Shown here piece by piece: positions 9,489-18,657 of a stretch of DNA of 64,000 nucleotides (positions are counted from its first letter, which is position 1; each line of letters opens with the position of its first letter). Under the pieces are notes generated by a model. That model saw only the letters and a program-made list of their open reading frames with translations. It was not told the origin of the DNA and searched no databases. Both the position numbers and the translations under genes were made by a program. The stretch is from assembly GCF_003018115.1 (NCBI RefSeq), contig NZ_CP027457.1; one strand, 5' to 3'. Source of the DNA: Escherichia coli. GTDB taxonomy: Bacteria > Pseudomonadota > Gammaproteobacteria > Enterobacterales > Enterobacteriaceae.

Positions 9489-9824
9489 TTACGAATGATC
9501 ATTCTGTTTAGTCTTCATGAGAAAATCCCGAATCTTTGCCAAGTTTGAATTTTCGGGGATTGAATCCATGTACGGATCACGCTCAAACACTAATTGCTCA
9601 GATTCAACGAAAGCCTGCCACTCTACTGGGTCTAGCTCAAATCCCATTGCTGTCATATCACTTTCATCTTCCCCCTCGATCCAGTGGACTAAATAAAACA
9701 ATTCATCATCAGGAGAATCATCCTCACCATCAACAATATCAACATCGGTTACAGTGATACGTAGGGTGGGATCGATTTTTGAGACATAAATTCCTAACTG
9801 TGGTATAGGGGGAATATTGTTCAT
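9489..9824 (-). CDS. hypothetical highly acidic small protein (about 26 D/E in 111 aa), candidate DNA mimic, anti-restriction or immunity factor
   Basis: Strong RBS AAGGAG 6 nt before ATG (9822-9824); divergent from the DUF262 gene across the cos region; AT-rich. Confidence 0.6.
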   Translation of the reverse strand: MNNIPPIPQLGIYVSKIDPTLRITVTDVDIVDGEDDSPDDELFYLVHWIEGEDESDMTAMGFELDPVEWQAFVESEQLVFERDPYMDSIPENSNLAKIRDFLMKTKQNDHS

Positions 9825-10165
9825 GGAAACTCCTTTTATTGGTGTTTGCTATTTGAATAAAAATACGCCAAACAGAGTGTTAACTGTGAATATGGAAAGA
9901 ATCGTTGTAAGTACCCCACTTAGGTGTCCCATTCTATTTTAGAGGTTCTCGTGCATATGGATTATGTTATCTGAAAGTTAACTTCCGCTTCCCGTTCACA
10001 GCGAACATTCATCTTTGTAAACCCGTATGATCCGTTTTTCAAGTGGCCATTCAGATACGGATTTTCACTTCCTTGACAGTGCATGACTATGCTGCATGAA
10101 ATCGCATGATCGATTGAGGATCGTCTTTGCTCAGATCCGCCAGAACTGGCGGGCTTTTGCTCATG

Positions 10166-10181
10166 TCATGCATGTGCATGA
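10166..10181. repeat. perfect palindrome TCATGCA-TG-TGCATGA beside cos; related GCATGA direct repeats at 10081, 10094, 10104
   Basis: Read directly; candidate terminase or regulator binding site. Confidence 0.4.
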
Positions 10182-10203
10182 AAACCACTGCATAAAGCGG
10201 GCA

Positions 10204-10222
10204 GGCGTGGCGGGGATACGAG
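10204..10222. other. candidate cos cohesive-end site GGCGTGGCGGGGATACGAG
   Basis: First 13 nt match the P2/186 cohesive-end sequence as recalled (GGCG(A/T)GGCGGGGAAAGCA...); lies between the right-end tum region and Q as in P2/186. Confidence 0.4.
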
Positions 10223-10356
10223 CGCGCTCTGATATGAAAATCTGAACAAAAAATTACAAAATGGTATCTTTTTGTTGCTATCATCATTTTTGATGGTAAC
10301 TTAACCTTTTCAGTTTCTATATTATAAAATTCTATCCAGAAGAAGGAATTTGTTTC

Positions 10357-12138
10357 ATGGCTGAACTATTACCGCAAACAACTTCTATACAAACTATTTA
10401 TTCATGGTTTACTGAAGGTAAGATATTTGTTAATAGACGTTATCAACGAAAATTAGTTTGGACTGCAATAGAGAAACAAAAATTAATTGAATCCATTCAA
10501 AAAAAATATCCAATTCCTGCAGTTCTTCTCGCGGAAAGGGAAAATGATCCTGGCACATATGAAATAATTGATGGCCTACAAAGATTACATGCAATAATGT
10601 CTTTCATCGAAACAGGATATGAATCACTTGATGGAAAACGTTTTAATCTGGACGCTTTTCCCACAGCGAAAAATCGAGCGGATGAAGGTAAGTTTGTTGC
10701 AGTGAAAGCTGATAATCTTTTAAGTCAGCGTGAGGTTACTCAGTTATTGGATTATTCTCTTGCAATGTCCATTATGCGTAATGCGACTGAGAACGAAATA
10801 AATGATGTTTTTGATAGAATTAATACATACGGGCATAGACTTAGTGATCAAGAAAGGCGCCAGGCTGGTATACAAAATAAATTTTCAAATATGGTTAGGG
10901 ATATTGCCTGTTCTATCAGGGGGGATGTATCTGACGACATATTGCTTTTAGAGCAAATGCCGTCTATTAGCATTGATTTGCCACTAACTAAACATGGTTA
11001 CCAAATTCAGTCGGAAGAAGTATTTTGGGTAAAACATGGGATCTTACGTTCAACAGACCTTCGTGACAGTATGGATGAGCAATGCATTGCAGATATAGCA
11101 GCTTGTATTGTTGGAGGTAAGTTAATAGATCGTTCCAAAGATGCGCTTGATCAGATTTATAATAATGAAGATGAAGAGTATAGTCGTATTAGCTCTGCTA
11201 TTAATGTTTATGGTGAAGGAAAATTTGCAGAAGAGTTTAAATTCTGCATCCAGGAAATAACAAAAGTATGTAATAGTGACGGTGAAATTAAACTCAGGGA
11301 TTTAATCTTTACTAAACGTACTACAAATGCTTTCCCAGCCATATTTGCTGTGTTATTTATTGCTTTTCATGAATTACTCATTAAAGAAAATAAGAAGATT
11401 AATAATTATAAAGGTGTAAAAGACAATCTTAATAATATAGTCACTCGACTAGATACTAAAAGATCTGCTACTGGTGGGGAAGAGAGAAGAAAGAATATTA
11501 ATTCTATCATAGGCTTGATTAAAGATAACTTTATTGATAGCGCCGATAGCAGTCATATCTATAATTCTCACAATACGGTGGATATTGAGGATATTTTACG
11601 AAGATCTGAAATAGAGCTTGCAAATTATGAACTGAAACAGGGTTTGTTGATGTTAGGCGGAGAGCGAACTATTGATGATGGCATTCATGAGAAAATATTC
11701 TCCACAATTTGTGCTATTGCTAACATCGGTAAAGGTAACAAGAACGGTGTAGTTGGTAAGTTATTGCTTGGTGTAACAGATAAACCAAGTGATACAAGTA
11801 GAGTAAAAGAGCTTGATGATATAGATGCACATGTAGTTGGTGAGAGAAGTGTTGTTGGTGTTAAAAGAGAAGCTATTAAACTCGGCATATCAATGGAAGA
11901 ATATTATAGACGTTTTTGCGATGAGTTGAAAAAATCTGCTTTGAGTGAGCCTCTTAAATCACAAGTGGTGAGTTTGATTGACTATAATGACTTTTATGGT
12001 TATGGAGTTATAGTTATTACAATTCCACTTCTAGCATCTTATTCTAGTTATGATGGGGATATTTATTATCGTGCTGGCGATAATACCGTAAAAGCAACAG
12101 TTATCGAAGCAGCAGATATTGCAACACGTTTTAAATGA
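10357..12138 (+). CDS. DUF262 (ParB/GmrS-like NTPase/nuclease-fold) N-domain fused to Schlafen/AlbA_2-like C-domain; candidate anti-phage defence protein
   Basis: 593 aa; N-terminal RRYQRKLVW and IIDGLQRLHA motifs (DUF262 signature); C-terminal ELANYELKQ...ICAIANIGKGNKNGVVGKLLLGVTD...IYYRAGDNT resembles AlbA_2/Schlafen core; no H-N-H/DUF1524 motif; AT-rich; between cos and portal gene. Confidence 0.7.
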   Translation: MAELLPQTTSIQTIYSWFTEGKIFVNRRYQRKLVWTAIEKQKLIESIQKKYPIPAVLLAERENDPGTYEIIDGLQRLHAIMSFIETGYESLDGKRFNLDAFPTAKNRADEGKFVAVKADNLLSQREVTQLLDYSLAMSIMRNATENEINDVFDRINTYGHRLSDQERRQAGIQNKFSNMVRDIACSIRGDVSDDILLLEQMPSISIDLPLTKHGYQIQSEEVFWVKHGILRSTDLRDSMDEQCIADIAACIVGGKLIDRSKDALDQIYNNEDEEYSRISSAINVYGEGKFAEEFKFCIQEITKVCNSDGEIKLRDLIFTKRTTNAFPAIFAVLFIAFHELLIKENKKINNYKGVKDNLNNIVTRLDTKRSATGGEERRKNINSIIGLIKDNFIDSADSSHIYNSHNTVDIEDILRRSEIELANYELKQGLLMLGGERTIDDGIHEKIFSTICAIANIGKGNKNGVVGKLLLGVTDKPSDTSRVKELDDIDAHVVGERSVVGVKREAIKLGISMEEYYRRFCDELKKSALSEPLKSQVVSLIDYNDFYGYGVIVITIPLLASYSSYDGDIYYRAGDNTVKATVIEAADIATRFK

Positions 12139-12141
12139 AAG

Positions 12142-12163
12142 AACGCCTGCTCAGGCAGGCGTT
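12142..12163. terminator. bidirectional hairpin terminator between DUF262 gene and Q
   Basis: AACGCCTGC-tcag-GCAGGCGTT perfect 9-bp stem. Confidence 0.55.
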
Positions 12164-12178
12164 AATTATAAACAGGAA

Positions 12179-13207
12179 CTACAAAATATATTTATTAAAT
12201 GTAATTATATTTTCATCCAGCCAACAATTAAGCGCTTGCATCAATTTTTGCAAAGGTAAAAGCTCATTCCGCACAAATACCTTACTAGCTTTCTCTACAT
12301 CCCCAAACCCCCCGACATTGCTAGGCATAATCCCCATCATTTGCGGCGGTACGCGGTGCGCCGCCATCATGTCGTCCCGGCTCACGTTCTTGATATTCAG
12401 AAACTCATCCTTCGCCGCGACTTCTGACAGAGGAATGATCTGAAGCCCATCCTTTTTGCCGTTAGGCGAGTACATAAACAGGTTGCGGAAGTTACCCGGT
12501 CCTTTGGCGCTTTTCATTGCGTTGCGGAGGTTGTTCACATCCTCCTGGTTTTGCGCGGCATCGGTCATGTACATGATGAAGCCTGCATGACTGCCGTTAA
12601 TGTAATACTTCCGGCGGAACAGCGTGGCGGACTCGTTGAGCAGGGCTGACGGAATGGCAGAAAGATAACCGGGCAGGCCGTAGATCTCCTGGTTGATATC
12701 CGGTTCCATCAGGTGAAAAATGCTGCCTTTCGTGAACTGATACGGTTGCGTTGTCATGCCGTATTGCACAAACCAGTAGGTATCCAGGTCTAATCCACGT
12801 CGGGTGTATTTTGCCAGGGCAGGCTCAAGGGCGATAACTTCACCGAATCGGTTCGTGCGTTTCTCCAGGTAGGCGTTACCAAATACCAGATAGTCCTGCA
12901 CAAAACGCGAAAAAGCCTGCTGGCTGAGCAGCGGATGAGGGATATAGGTACTGGTCAGAATGTTGCACTTTACTGCAATCGGGGAACTGTGATGCACGGC
13001 GGCGCGGAAGGTGCGCGCCAGTCCGTCAAAGCTGACGGGCGGCTCATACCAGCGGTCCATCTGTACGCATTCCACATAGTCCAGCAGTTCACGGCGGTCC
13101 AGAACAGGAACGGGATCGCCGAAGCTGAATGCTTCGGCTGTAGTTTGACTTTTAAGCTGGATCTGTTTCGTCGCCGCAGCTCGGTTCTTCTTACTCTTTC
13201 CCATCAA
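12179..13207 (-). CDS. Q: portal protein (P2 gpQ-like)
   Basis: 342 aa, P2 Q size and position, translationally coupled to P. Confidence 0.85.
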   Translation of the reverse strand: MMGKSKKNRAAATKQIQLKSQTTAEAFSFGDPVPVLDRRELLDYVECVQMDRWYEPPVSFDGLARTFRAAVHHSSPIAVKCNILTSTYIPHPLLSQQAFSRFVQDYLVFGNAYLEKRTNRFGEVIALEPALAKYTRRGLDLDTYWFVQYGMTTQPYQFTKGSIFHLMEPDINQEIYGLPGYLSAIPSALLNESATLFRRKYYINGSHAGFIMYMTDAAQNQEDVNNLRNAMKSAKGPGNFRNLFMYSPNGKKDGLQIIPLSEVAAKDEFLNIKNVSRDDMMAAHRVPPQMMGIMPSNVGGFGDVEKASKVFVRNELLPLQKLMQALNCWLDENIITFNKYIL

Positions 13208-14970
13208 AAAATCTCCACAATATTGCTGGTATTGGCGGATTCGCCCTGCAGCGGTTCGTTAAACAGTGCGTGCATCGTTGCCCATGCCAGATCGGCGTGG
13301 CTGGCTTCTTCGCTGCGGCTGGCTTCATAGGTCGGGCGGTTGCCACTGGCTGTGGTGGCGCGACGGATTGCCATAAATGACTGCGCAATGTCGGTATGTC
13401 CGGCGTCAAACTCCAGACGGCGGTGGCTGATAATGTCGTAGGCCTTGAGTACCAGGGCGTTTTTAACGTTGGGGTTGTAGACAAACTCCCGGACGGCAGG
13501 AAAGAACGCTTTCACGTTCTCGTAAACCCCGTGACCAACGCCGGTTGAGTCGATGCCGATGTAGGTCACGTTGTACTGCTCGGTCAGTTTTTTGATTGCG
13601 TCAGCCTGGGCGCGGAAGTCCATCCCGCGCCACTGGTGACGCTCAAGAATGCGAAACTTGCCGCCCGGCACGGTTGGCGGTGCCACCACCACGCACCCGG
13701 CGCTGTCACCGTTCTGCGTGCCTTTCGCCGGGTCGTATCCGATCCAGACTTCGCGCCAGCCAAACGGGCGCAGGGCCAGTGCATGAAAGTCGGTCCAGAC
13801 TTCCCAACTGTCCACCATGCACGCCTGCAGCTCGCTGAGCGGAAACACGGACGCGAGATCGTCCACAAACTCGCACATCAGTAGGTTCTGGTATTCGTCC
13901 GGGCTGTACTCCATGCGCAACTGATCGAGGTCGAACAGGTTACAGCCGCCGCGCACCGCATCTTCCACAGTGACTATCTGGCGGTACTGTCCGTCAGGGC
14001 AGAGCAGGCCGCGCGCAAGATTGCTGTGGGTCAGGTCAATATCCACCTTGTCCGCTTTGGCGCGGCCCCGGTTAAACAGCGCACCGGACCAGAACGGATA
14101 GGCACTGTGGGTCAGGCTGGACGGCGTGGAAAAGTAGGTTTGTCGCCATTTCTTGTGAATGGCCATCCCGGAGGCAACTTTGCGCAGTTCCTGGAATTTC
14201 GGTATCCAGAAATATTCATCAAGGTACAGGTTGCCGTGGTAGCTCTGCGCCGTACGGGCGTTGGTGCCGAGAAAGTACAATGCTGCGCCATTAGGTAGCA
14301 CCATAGGATCGCCTTTCAGCTCCACCTCAACTTCTTTGGCAAAGTCGATGATGTACTGCTTAAAGACGTGCGCCTGTGCCTTACTGGCAGAAAGGAAAAT
14401 CTGGTTACGTCCGGTAAGCAGGGCGTCAATCAGGGCTTCACGGGCAAAGTAAAAGGTCGCGCCGATCTGGCGTGACTTCAGCAGGTTGCGGATGCGGTTG
14501 GTTTTTCCTGCTTCCCACCAGTGGCGCTGGTAGTTGAACATGGAGGAATAAAAGATTTCTTCCAGCTTCTCAATCTGTTCATCGGTGAAAACGTTCTTTT
14601 CCGGCTGACGGCGCGGGCCTTTGTTGCGGTTGGCGACGTTAGGGTTTAAGTCGGCTTCGTTGCCGCCATTGTTAAACTTGCCGATCCGCGCATGGCGCTC
14701 CGACTGGCGCGCCAGCAGGTCAATCTCTTTGAAATCTTTCCCTTCTTTGTGCTCCTTCATAATGAGCTGGCAGTAGCGTGCGGCGGTGGTGAGCTGCATC
14801 TGATCCAGCGGCCCATAGTCACCCCACTTGTCGCGTTTTTTCCAGCTGTGAACGGTTGCAACTTTCTCGCCCAGCATTTCAGCAATGCGGGCTACGCGGT
14901 ATCCCTGAAAGTACAGCAGCATGGCCTGCCGACGGGGATCGAGATCTGCGGGTGTCAGTGTGGTGTTCAT
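13204..14970 (-). CDS. P: terminase large (ATPase) subunit (P2 gpP-like)
   Basis: 588 aa; size and synteny with P2 gpP. Confidence 0.85.
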   Translation of the reverse strand: MNTTLTPADLDPRRQAMLLYFQGYRVARIAEMLGEKVATVHSWKKRDKWGDYGPLDQMQLTTAARYCQLIMKEHKEGKDFKEIDLLARQSERHARIGKFNNGGNEADLNPNVANRNKGPRRQPEKNVFTDEQIEKLEEIFYSSMFNYQRHWWEAGKTNRIRNLLKSRQIGATFYFAREALIDALLTGRNQIFLSASKAQAHVFKQYIIDFAKEVEVELKGDPMVLPNGAALYFLGTNARTAQSYHGNLYLDEYFWIPKFQELRKVASGMAIHKKWRQTYFSTPSSLTHSAYPFWSGALFNRGRAKADKVDIDLTHSNLARGLLCPDGQYRQIVTVEDAVRGGCNLFDLDQLRMEYSPDEYQNLLMCEFVDDLASVFPLSELQACMVDSWEVWTDFHALALRPFGWREVWIGYDPAKGTQNGDSAGCVVVAPPTVPGGKFRILERHQWRGMDFRAQADAIKKLTEQYNVTYIGIDSTGVGHGVYENVKAFFPAVREFVYNPNVKNALVLKAYDIISHRRLEFDAGHTDIAQSFMAIRRATTASGNRPTYEASRSEEASHADLAWATMHALFNEPLQGESANTSNIVEIF

Positions 14971-15016
14971 GGCACAAACCTACAGCCTTGAATGAAGGCT
15001 TTCCCCGCCTGCGGTT

Positions 15017-15034
15017 TGTGTGGTTGTCGGTACA
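15017..15034 (+). promoter_or_regulatory. Ogr-dependent late promoter dyad TGT-N12-ACA (pO-like)
   Basis: TGTGTGGTTGTCGGTACA centred about 85 bp upstream of O start. Confidence 0.6.
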
Positions 15035-15112
15035 AATACCGCGCATTGTTTCACTGCCCCCATCACCGCAACCATAAGGCTCCAGTAAGTTTTTTCTAAC
15101 GGAGCACGGCTC

Positions 15113-15946
15113 ATGACAGTGAAAGCAAAGCGTTTTCGCATCGGGGTGGAAGGTGCCACTACCGACGGACGCGAAATCCAGCGTGAATGGCTGGAACAGA
15201 TGGCAGCCAGCTACAACCCGGCGGTGTATACCGCGCTGATTAACCTTGAGCATATCAAGTCTTATCTGCCGGACAGCACCTTTAACCGCTACGGCAAGGT
15301 GACGGCGCTGTTTGCTGAAGAAATCACGGAAGGTCCGCTGGCTGGCAAGATGGCGCTGTATGCCGACGTTGAGCCAACGGAATCCCTGGTGGAACTGGTG
15401 AAAAAAGGCCAGAAATTATTCACCTCTATGGAAGTCAGCCCGAAGTTCGCTGATACGGGCAAAGCCTACCTGGTTGGCCTGGCTGCCACTGATGATCCCG
15501 CCAGTCTGGGTACGGAAATGCTGACATTCAGCGCCAGTGCAGCCCATAACCCGCTGGCAAACCGCAAGCAGAATCCCGCCAATCTCTTTACCGCTGCAGA
15601 GGAAACGGTGATCGAACTGGAAGAAATCCAGGATGACAAACCGTCCCTGTTTGCCCGCGTCACGGCGCTGTTCACCAAAAAAGAGCAGTCAGACGATGCC
15701 CGGTTCTCTGATGTGCATAAAGCCGTGGAGCTGGTCGCCACTGAGCAGCAGAACCTGAGCGCACGCACCGAAAAATCCCTGTCTGAGCAGGAAGAACGCC
15801 TGTCTGAGCTGGAGACTGCTCTGCAGGAGCAGCAAACCGCCTTTAACGAACTGGTGAATAAGCTGAGCCATGAAGACAGCCGCCAGGACTACCGCAAGCG
15901 TGCAACAGGCGGTAACGCCCCCGCTGACACTCTGACCAATTGCTGA
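15113..15946 (+). CDS. O: capsid scaffolding protein (P2 gpO-like)
   Basis: 277 aa, coiled-coil rich C-terminus, precedes major capsid gene. Confidence 0.8.
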   Translation: MTVKAKRFRIGVEGATTDGREIQREWLEQMAASYNPAVYTALINLEHIKSYLPDSTFNRYGKVTALFAEEITEGPLAGKMALYADVEPTESLVELVKKGQKLFTSMEVSPKFADTGKAYLVGLAATDDPASLGTEMLTFSASAAHNPLANRKQNPANLFTAAEETVIELEEIQDDKPSLFARVTALFTKKEQSDDARFSDVHKAVELVATEQQNLSARTEKSLSEQEERLSELETALQEQQTAFNELVNKLSHEDSRQDYRKRATGGNAPADTLTNC

Positions 15947-15962
15947 TGGAGCACAAAACCTG

Positions 15963-17021
15963 ATGAAGAAGAATACCCGCTTTGCTTTTAACGCTTACCT
16001 GCAGCAGCTGGCGCGTCTGAACGGTGTGGCAGTTGAAGAACTGTCCAGCCAGTTCACCGTGGAGCCGTCTGTACAGCAGACGCTGGAAGACCAGATCCAG
16101 CAGTCCGCCGCTTTCCTGACGCTGATTAACGTCACGCCAGTGACTGAGCAGTCTGGTCAGTTGCTGGGTCTGGGTGTTGGCAGCACCATTGCCGGAACCA
16201 CTGACACCACCGCGAAAGAGCGTGAGCCTGTCGATCCGACGCTGATGGTTGATGTGGAATATAAATGCGAGCAGACCAACTTTGACACGGTGCTGACCTA
16301 CGCGAAGCTGGACCTGTGGGCGAAGTTTCAGGATTTCCAGGTGCGCATCCGTGACGCCATCGTGAAACGTCAGGCACTGGACCGCATCATGATCGGCTTT
16401 AACGGCGTGAAGCGTGCGAAAACCTCCAACCGTAGTGAAAACCCGCTGCTGCAGGATGTAAACAAAGGCTGGCTGCAGAAAATCCGTGAGGATGCACCGG
16501 ATCACGTCATGGGCAGCACCACCACGGGCGGTGAAACCACTCCGGGCGTGGTGAAAGTCGGGAAAGGTGGCGAATATGCCAACCTGGACGCCGTAGTGAT
16601 GGATGCCGTCAATGAGCTTATCGATGTGGTCTACCAGGACGATGACGATCTGGTGGTGATTTGCGGTCGTGAACTGCTGTCTGACAAGTATTTCCCGCTG
16701 GTCAACAAAGAGCAGGAAAACAGTGAAAAACTGGCTGCCGATATGATCATCAGTCAGAAACGCATGGGTGGCCTGCAGGCCGTGCGTGCGCCGTTCTTCC
16801 CGCCGAATGCGCTGCTGATCACCCGTCTGGATAACCTGTCCATCTACTGGCAGGAAGACACCCGCCGCCGTTCAGTTATCGACAACCCGAAACGTGACCG
16901 GATTGAAAATTTTGAATCCGTTAACGAAGCCTATGTGGTTGAGGACTACCGCTGCGCCGCACTGGTGGAAAACATCCAGATTGGCGATTTCAGCGCCGCT
17001 GCAGCAGAAGCCGGAGCGTAA
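15963..17021 (+). CDS. N: major capsid protein (P2 gpN-like)
   Basis: 352 aa, synteny O-N-M. Confidence 0.85.
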   Translation: MKKNTRFAFNAYLQQLARLNGVAVEELSSQFTVEPSVQQTLEDQIQQSAAFLTLINVTPVTEQSGQLLGLGVGSTIAGTTDTTAKEREPVDPTLMVDVEYKCEQTNFDTVLTYAKLDLWAKFQDFQVRIRDAIVKRQALDRIMIGFNGVKRAKTSNRSENPLLQDVNKGWLQKIREDAPDHVMGSTTTGGETTPGVVKVGKGGEYANLDAVVMDAVNELIDVVYQDDDDLVVICGRELLSDKYFPLVNKEQENSEKLAADMIISQKRMGGLQAVRAPFFPPNALLITRLDNLSIYWQEDTRRRSVIDNPKRDRIENFESVNEAYVVEDYRCAALVENIQIGDFSAAAAEAGA

Positions 17022-17024
17022 CCC

Positions 17025-17675
17025 ATGAGCCTGAGTCCCGCACGGCAGCATCGCCTGCGCGTTCAGGCTGAACAGGCCGCCCGCGAGGGCGGCAGCGTTC
17101 GCCACGCGTCGGGCTATGACCTGATGCTGCTGCAACTGGCGGAAGACCGCCGCCGTCTCAAGGGCGTTCAGTCCACGGTGAAAAAAGCGGAAATCAAGGT
17201 GGAGCTGCTGCCGAAATATGCCGCCTGGGCGGAGGGCGTCCTGGCTGCCGGAGGCGCTCAACAGGATGACGTGCTGATGTACGTGATGCTGTGGCGCATT
17301 GATGCCGGAGATTATGCCGGGGCGCTGGAGATCGGGCGTCATGCCCTGCGTCATGGCTGGGTGATGCCGCTGGGTAACCGCAACGTGCAGACCGTGCTGG
17401 CAGAGGAAATGGCAGACGCGGCGCAGAGCGCAATGCTTGCCGCCACCGGCTTTGATGCCGATCTGTTGCTGCAGACGCTGGAGCTGACAGACGGTCTGGA
17501 TATGCCGGACCAGTCACGGGCGCGTCTGCATAAAGCGATTGGCGCTGTCCTGAGTGAAAGCAACCCGGCTTCCGCCCTTAATCATCTCAACCATGCGTTA
17601 CAGCTCGATCCCCGCTGTGGCGTGAAAAAAGACAAACAGCAGCTGGAGCGCAGACTGCGCAATGACAGCCGCTGA
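17025..17675 (+). CDS. M: terminase endonuclease (small) subunit (P2 gpM-like)
   Basis: 216 aa, synteny. Confidence 0.8.
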   Translation: MSLSPARQHRLRVQAEQAAREGGSVRHASGYDLMLLQLAEDRRRLKGVQSTVKKAEIKVELLPKYAAWAEGVLAAGGAQQDDVLMYVMLWRIDAGDYAGALEIGRHALRHGWVMPLGNRNVQTVLAEEMADAAQSAMLAATGFDADLLLQTLELTDGLDMPDQSRARLHKAIGAVLSESNPASALNHLNHALQLDPRCGVKKDKQQLERRLRNDSR

Positions 17676-17770
17676 CAGAACGTGCCCCCGCGCACGGGCG
17701 GCACGGGGTGGCGAAAGGCACTGCCACATCAAAACCCCGTCCACCGCCCTCTATTTCAGGAGAAAGCAGC

Positions 17771-18235
17771 ATGAAGTTTGTTGCGCTAGAACAGGCACCG
17801 GAACAGGCGGAAATCATCAGGAATACGCCGTTCTGGCCTGATGTGGACCTGTCGGAGTTTCGCAGCGTGATGCGCACTGACGGCACGGTGACGCAGCCGC
17901 GTTTAAAGCAGGTTGCGCTGTCGGCAATTTCGGAGGTCAACGCAGAGCTGTATGAGTTTCGCAGACGCCAGCAGATGCTGGGGTATGCCTCGCTGGCAGA
18001 GGTTCCGGCGGAACAGCTGGACGGCAAAAGTGAGCGCATTCAGCACTATTTCAACGCGGTTTACTGCTGGGCACGCGCCATGCTCAACGAACGTTACCAG
18101 GACTATGACGCCACGGCGTCCGGTGTGAAGCGGGGCGAGGAACTGGCGGAAGCAAGCGGTGATTTGTGGCGTGACGCCCGCTGGGCCATCAGCCGGGTGC
18201 AGGATGCGCCGCACTGCACAGTGGAGCTTATCTGA
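17771..18235 (+). CDS. L: head completion/stabilisation protein (P2 gpL-like)
   Basis: ATG 17771 with AGGAG RBS; synteny. Confidence 0.75.
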   Translation: MKFVALEQAPEQAEIIRNTPFWPDVDLSEFRSVMRTDGTVTQPRLKQVALSAISEVNAELYEFRRRQQMLGYASLAEVPAEQLDGKSERIQHYFNAVYCWARAMLNERYQDYDATASGVKRGEELAEASGDLWRDARWAISRVQDAPHCTVELI

Positions 18236-18438
18236 TGAAAGTGCGTGCGCATCAGTATGACACGGTGGACGCGCTTTGCTGGCGTCATTACGGGCGCACG
18301 CAGGGTGTCACGGAGCAGGTACTGAAGGCAAATCCGGGGCTTGCCGAATACGGCCCCTTTTTACCTCACGGGCTGCAGGTGGAGCTGCCGGACATTCCGA
18401 CCACCACCACCGTGCAGACCGTCCAGCTATGGGACTGA
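18235..18438 (+). CDS. X: tail protein X (P2 gpX-like)
   Basis: 67 aa, exact P2 gpX size and position. Confidence 0.8.
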   Translation: MKVRAHQYDTVDALCWRHYGRTQGVTEQVLKANPGLAEYGPFLPHGLQVELPDIPTTTTVQTVQLWD

Positions 18439-18441
18439 ATT

Positions 18442-18657
18442 ATGACGCTTGAGCGAATCAGCGCCTTTATCACGTATTGCATCGCCGTCGTGCTGGCCTG
18501 GCTGGGCGATTTGTCCATCAAGGATGCCTCAACGCTGGGCGGCCTGATGATTGGTGTGCTGATGCTGGCTATCAACTGGTACTACAAACACAAAGCCTAC
18601 CAGCTTCTGCGCGACGGGCAGATCTCGCGGGAGGATTATGAATCCATCAATCGTTAA
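18442..18657 (+). CDS. holin
   Basis: 71 aa with two hydrophobic helices and charged C-terminus, immediately upstream of endolysin. Confidence 0.7.
   Translation: MTLERISAFITYCIAVVLAWLGDLSIKDASTLGGLMIGVLMLAINWYYKHKAYQLLRDGQISREDYESINR

Noticed and set aside
10087-10287. 66-aa minus-strand ORF in the cos region
   Set aside because: Spans the cos-like site and palindromes, has no RBS and is compositionally implausible; probably a non-coding regulatory and packaging region.
15843-16505. 220-aa minus-strand ORF overlapping the major capsid gene
   Set aside because: Antisense to capsid gene N, no RBS, low-complexity translation; same reasoning applies to the antisense ORFs over P, FI, H and ffh.
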